A stretch of DNA of 64,000 nt from Gemmatimonadota bacterium. GTDB lineage: Bacteria; Gemmatimonadota; Gemmatimonadetes; Palauibacterales; Palauibacteraceae. Position 1 is the stretch's first letter; each line of letters opens with the position of its first letter. The position numbers and the translations under genes are program-made. The notes under the pieces are model-generated. The model was not told where the DNA came from, made no database searches, and saw only the letters and a list, made by a program, of their open reading frames with translations. The DNA is taken from assembly GCA_032251515.1 (NCBI GenBank), contig JAVVDU010000002.1, forward strand, positions 17,936-81,935, read 5' to 3'. Positions 61,475-64,000 of this stretch are shown here, in pieces.

Positions 61475-62746
61475 TCATCGCCGGATCAGGGCTTCGTATT
61501 CCGGCCGGAACTTGTCCAGGGACGACCGGAGCGGGAAGACGACGCTGTCGGCGAGGACGCAGATCGTGCGTCCGGTGAGCTGTTCACAGAGATCGTAGAG
61601 CGTGTCGAGGTCCGACATCCGTCCCTCGCCACGTTCGATGCGCTTCAGGATGCGCGCGGCCCAGTACGTTCCCTCCCGGCACTGGACGCACTGGCCGCAC
61701 GACTCGTGCGCGTAGAAGTCGGCGATCCGCCGCATCGCCCGCACGATGTTCGTGCTGTCGTCCATGACGATCGGGGACGCCGTGCCGAGCGAGCTGCCGC
61801 CTTCCTGCAGTCCCTCGTAGGTGGTCGGGATGTCGAGTTCGTCCGCCGTGAGCATGGCGGTGGACGAGCCCCCGGGGATGACGGCCTTGAGCTTCCGGCC
61901 GCCCGGAATGCCGCCGCACACGTCGTAGATCACGTCCTTGAGCGGCACGCCGAGCGGCAGCTCGTAGTTTCCCGGGCGCTCGAGATGGCCCGAGCAGCAC
62001 CAGAGCTTCGTGCCCGGGCTCTTCTCGGTTCCCCATTGCCGGTACCAGTCCGCCCCGTTCACGAGGATCATGGGCACGGCGGCCAGGGTCTCGACGTTGT
62101 TCACGGTGGTGGGCCGGCCGAACACGCCCGACTGGGCCGGAAACGGAGGCTTCACGCGGGGCTCGGCGCGCCCTCCGACCAGCGAGCTCATCAGGCCCGT
62201 CTCCTCGCCGGCGATGTAGGCGCCGGCTCCGATGTGGACCGTGAGGTCGCAGTCCCAGCCGCTCCCGAGGATGTTCCGGCCGAGGTATCCGTTCCCGTAG
62301 GCCTCGACCACCGCGTCGTTCAGGATCCGCGTGAACGGGAAGTACTCCCCGCGCACGTAGATGTAGACGTGCTCGGCACGGATCGCGCGGGCCGCGATGA
62401 GGCATCCCTCGATCAGCAGGTGCGGCACCCAGCGAAGGATCTCCCGGTCCTTGAACGCCCCCGGCTCGGATTCGTCCGCGTTGCAGCACAGGTACTGCGG
62501 ACCATCCGGCTCCTGGGGCATGAAGCTCCACTTCAGGCCGGTCGGGAACCCCGCGCCGCCCCGGCCGCGCAGCCCCGAGTCCTTGACGACCGCCGTGATC
62601 TCCCCCGGGTCCATCTCCACGGCCTTCCGGAGGCCCTCGTAGCCACCGAGACCCGTCCAGGTCTCGAGGCGGCGGGCCTCGGGATCTCCGAAGTGGCGGG
62701 AGAGGATCGTCCCGACCTCGAGGTCGTGGCTGTGCGGATATCCCAT
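61475..62746 (-). CDS. nuoF: NADH-quinone oxidoreductase subunit F
   Basis: GRGGAGFPTG NADH/FMN site and 4Fe-4S motif ESCGQCVQCREG. Confidence 0.9.
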   Translation of the reverse strand: MGYPHSHDLEVGTILSRHFGDPEARRLETWTGLGGYEGLRKAVEMDPGEITAVVKDSGLRGRGGAGFPTGLKWSFMPQEPDGPQYLCCNADESEPGAFKDREILRWVPHLLIEGCLIAARAIRAEHVYIYVRGEYFPFTRILNDAVVEAYGNGYLGRNILGSGWDCDLTVHIGAGAYIAGEETGLMSSLVGGRAEPRVKPPFPAQSGVFGRPTTVNNVETLAAVPMILVNGADWYRQWGTEKSPGTKLWCCSGHLERPGNYELPLGVPLKDVIYDVCGGIPGGRKLKAVIPGGSSTAMLTADELDIPTTYEGLQEGGSSLGTASPIVMDDSTNIVRAMRRIADFYAHESCGQCVQCREGTYWAARILKRIERGEGRMSDLDTLYDLCEQLTGRTICVLADSVVFPLRSSLDKFRPEYEALIRR

Positions 62747-63352
62747 CTATGCCTCGGTTTCGCCCTGGTCGAGCTCGGCCAGCACCTCCGGCACGGTCTC
62801 CGGGGTGACGTTCTCGAAGTACCGGTCGTTCGCCTGCACGACCGTCGCGAAGCCGCAGGCGCCGAGGCACTCGGCCTCGATCACGGTCCACTTCCCGTCC
62901 TCCGAGACTTCCCCCGCGCGGGTGCCCGTCCGCTCGAGGAACGCCTCGAACACCTCATCCGCGCCGTGCAGGTGGCACGAGATGCAGGTGCAGACCTGGA
63001 TCCAGTGCCGCCCCACCGGCCGCTTCGCGTACATCGTGTAGAAGGTCGCCACGGAGCGCACGTAGGCCGGGGTGAGCTCGAGGGCCTCCGCGATCTCCTC
63101 CATCGCCGCGTCCGAAACGACGCCGTTGCGCTCCTGCGCGTAGGCGAGCATGGGGAGCAGGGCCGCCTTCTTCTCCGGGTAGCGGCTCACGGCGGACGCG
63201 AGGCGCTCCCGCCCTTCCTCGTCCGCGAACAGCCGCTCGACCGGGCGCCGCTCGGCCAGCTGGAACGGCTGCGCCGGCACCACGGCGGGATGGATCTTCT
63301 TCACTGGGCTCTTCTTCCCTCCCCCGGGAGGTCCCTCCGCCCCTCCGCTCAT
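62747..63352 (-). CDS. nuoE: NADH-quinone oxidoreductase subunit E
   Basis: Thioredoxin-like 2Fe-2S subunit (CTCISCHLHG...CLGACG). Confidence 0.85.
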   Translation of the reverse strand: MSGGAEGPPGGGKKSPVKKIHPAVVPAQPFQLAERRPVERLFADEEGRERLASAVSRYPEKKAALLPMLAYAQERNGVVSDAAMEEIAEALELTPAYVRSVATFYTMYAKRPVGRHWIQVCTCISCHLHGADEVFEAFLERTGTRAGEVSEDGKWTVIEAECLGACGFATVVQANDRYFENVTPETVPEVLAELDQGETEA

Positions 63353-64000
63353 CGGTCGATCTCTCCGAGCACGATGTCGAGGCTCGCGTTCACGGCGATC
63401 ACGTCCGACACGAGCCCCCCCTCCACGAGATACGGCAGCGCCGAGAGGTTCACGAACGACGGGGCGCGGAACCGGCAGCGTACCGGCTTCGACCCGCCAT
63501 CGGACACGATCCCGATTCCCAGCTCGCCCTTGGACGCCTCGACCGAGTACCAGACCTCTCCGGCGGGCACCTGCAGCCCCTCCATGACGAGCTTGAAGTG
63601 CGCGATCATCGCGTCGATCGAAGACATCGCCTCGCTCTTGGGGGGCAGGATCACGGTCGGGTCCGGCACGTTGATCGGTCCGCCCGGCACGTCGGCCAGG
63701 GCCTGCAGGAGAATGCGCACGCTCTGTCGCATCTCCTCCAGGCGGACCAGGTACCGGTCGAACACGTCTCCCCTCGTGCCCACGGGCACGTCGAAGTCGT
63801 ACTGCTCGTAGCCCAGGTAGGGGCGCGCCTTGCGCACGTCGTAGGCGACGCCGCTGGCCCGCAGGTTCGGCCCGGTGAGGCCGAAGCTCAGCGCCGTCGC
63901 GGCGTCGATCACGCCGATGTCGATCGTGCGCGCCTGCCAGATGGCGTTGTTGGTGAGCAGGCGTTCGCTCTCGTCGATGGTGGCGGGAAGACCCTCGACG
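63349..64000 (-). CDS. nuoD: NADH-quinone oxidoreductase subunit D (C-terminal part; N-terminus beyond window)
   Basis: Reading frame is open to the window edge. 49-kDa subunit C-terminal sequence (...SKGELGIGIVSDGGSKPVRCRFRAPSFVNLSAL...). Confidence 0.85.
   Translation of the reverse strand, partial: VEGLPATIDESERLLTNNAIWQARTIDIGVIDAATALSFGLTGPNLRASGVAYDVRKARPYLGYEQYDFDVPVGTRGDVFDRYLVRLEEMRQSVRILLQALADVPGGPINVPDPTVILPPKSEAMSSIDAMIAHFKLVMEGLQVPAGEVWYSVEASKGELGIGIVSDGGSKPVRCRFRAPSFVNLSALPYLVEGGLVSDVIAVNASLDIVLGEIDR

Overview
This is a 64-kb, very GC-rich (about 70%) bacterial chromosomal segment. Most of the six-frame ORF track consists of Arg/Pro-rich antisense or alternate-frame artefacts typical of high-GC DNA. 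I selected one coding frame per locus by protein-family recognition and derived internal starts by counting residues in the supplied translations.

The lineage is uncertain. An LpxC-FabZ fusion, a bacillithiol ligase BshC, nuo complex I, lptCAB and the high GC together suggest a diderm of the Gemmatimonadota/FCB type. That is an inference.

Layout of the window:
- **1-24584, plus strand.** A tightly coupled lipid A operon (lpxD, lpxC/fabZ, lpxA, an embedded Gfo/Idh/MocA oxidoreductase, lpxB, DUF374, lpxK), followed by nadB, rlmH, a methyltransferase, bshC, murJ, uvrC, a TPR protein, a PDZ/radical-SAM (DUF512) protein overlapping der, plsY, gpsA, a MerR regulator, surE-pcm, a DedA/YqaA membrane protein and a YfgM-like protein.
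- **24574-24601.** A near-canonical 28-bp dif (Xer recombination) site lies exactly where gene orientation flips from all-plus to all-minus.
- **24659-64000, minus strand.** nuoD-N, phosphomannomutase, carbamate kinase, sucCD, ndk, yceD-rpmF-fabD-fabG-acpP-fabF, ispF, dedA, xerC/D, a nitroreductase, a secreted beta-helix protein, then kdsB-pyrG-lptC(lipoprotein-like)-long lptA-like-lptB-rpoN, followed directly by an uncharacterised six-gene envelope glycosylation cluster.

The glycosylation cluster is the main candidate for an undescribed system. It contains a GtrB/ArnC-type polyprenyl-phosphate glycosyltransferase, a GT4 enzyme, a methyltransferase, a YfhO-family GT-C, a flippase-like membrane protein and a Dpm1-like polyprenyl-phosphate mannose synthase. 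Together these look like a periplasmic-face lipid-linked sugar transfer pathway attached to the LPS-transport/sigma-54 operon.

No rRNA, tRNA, CRISPR or transposase genes were recognised.
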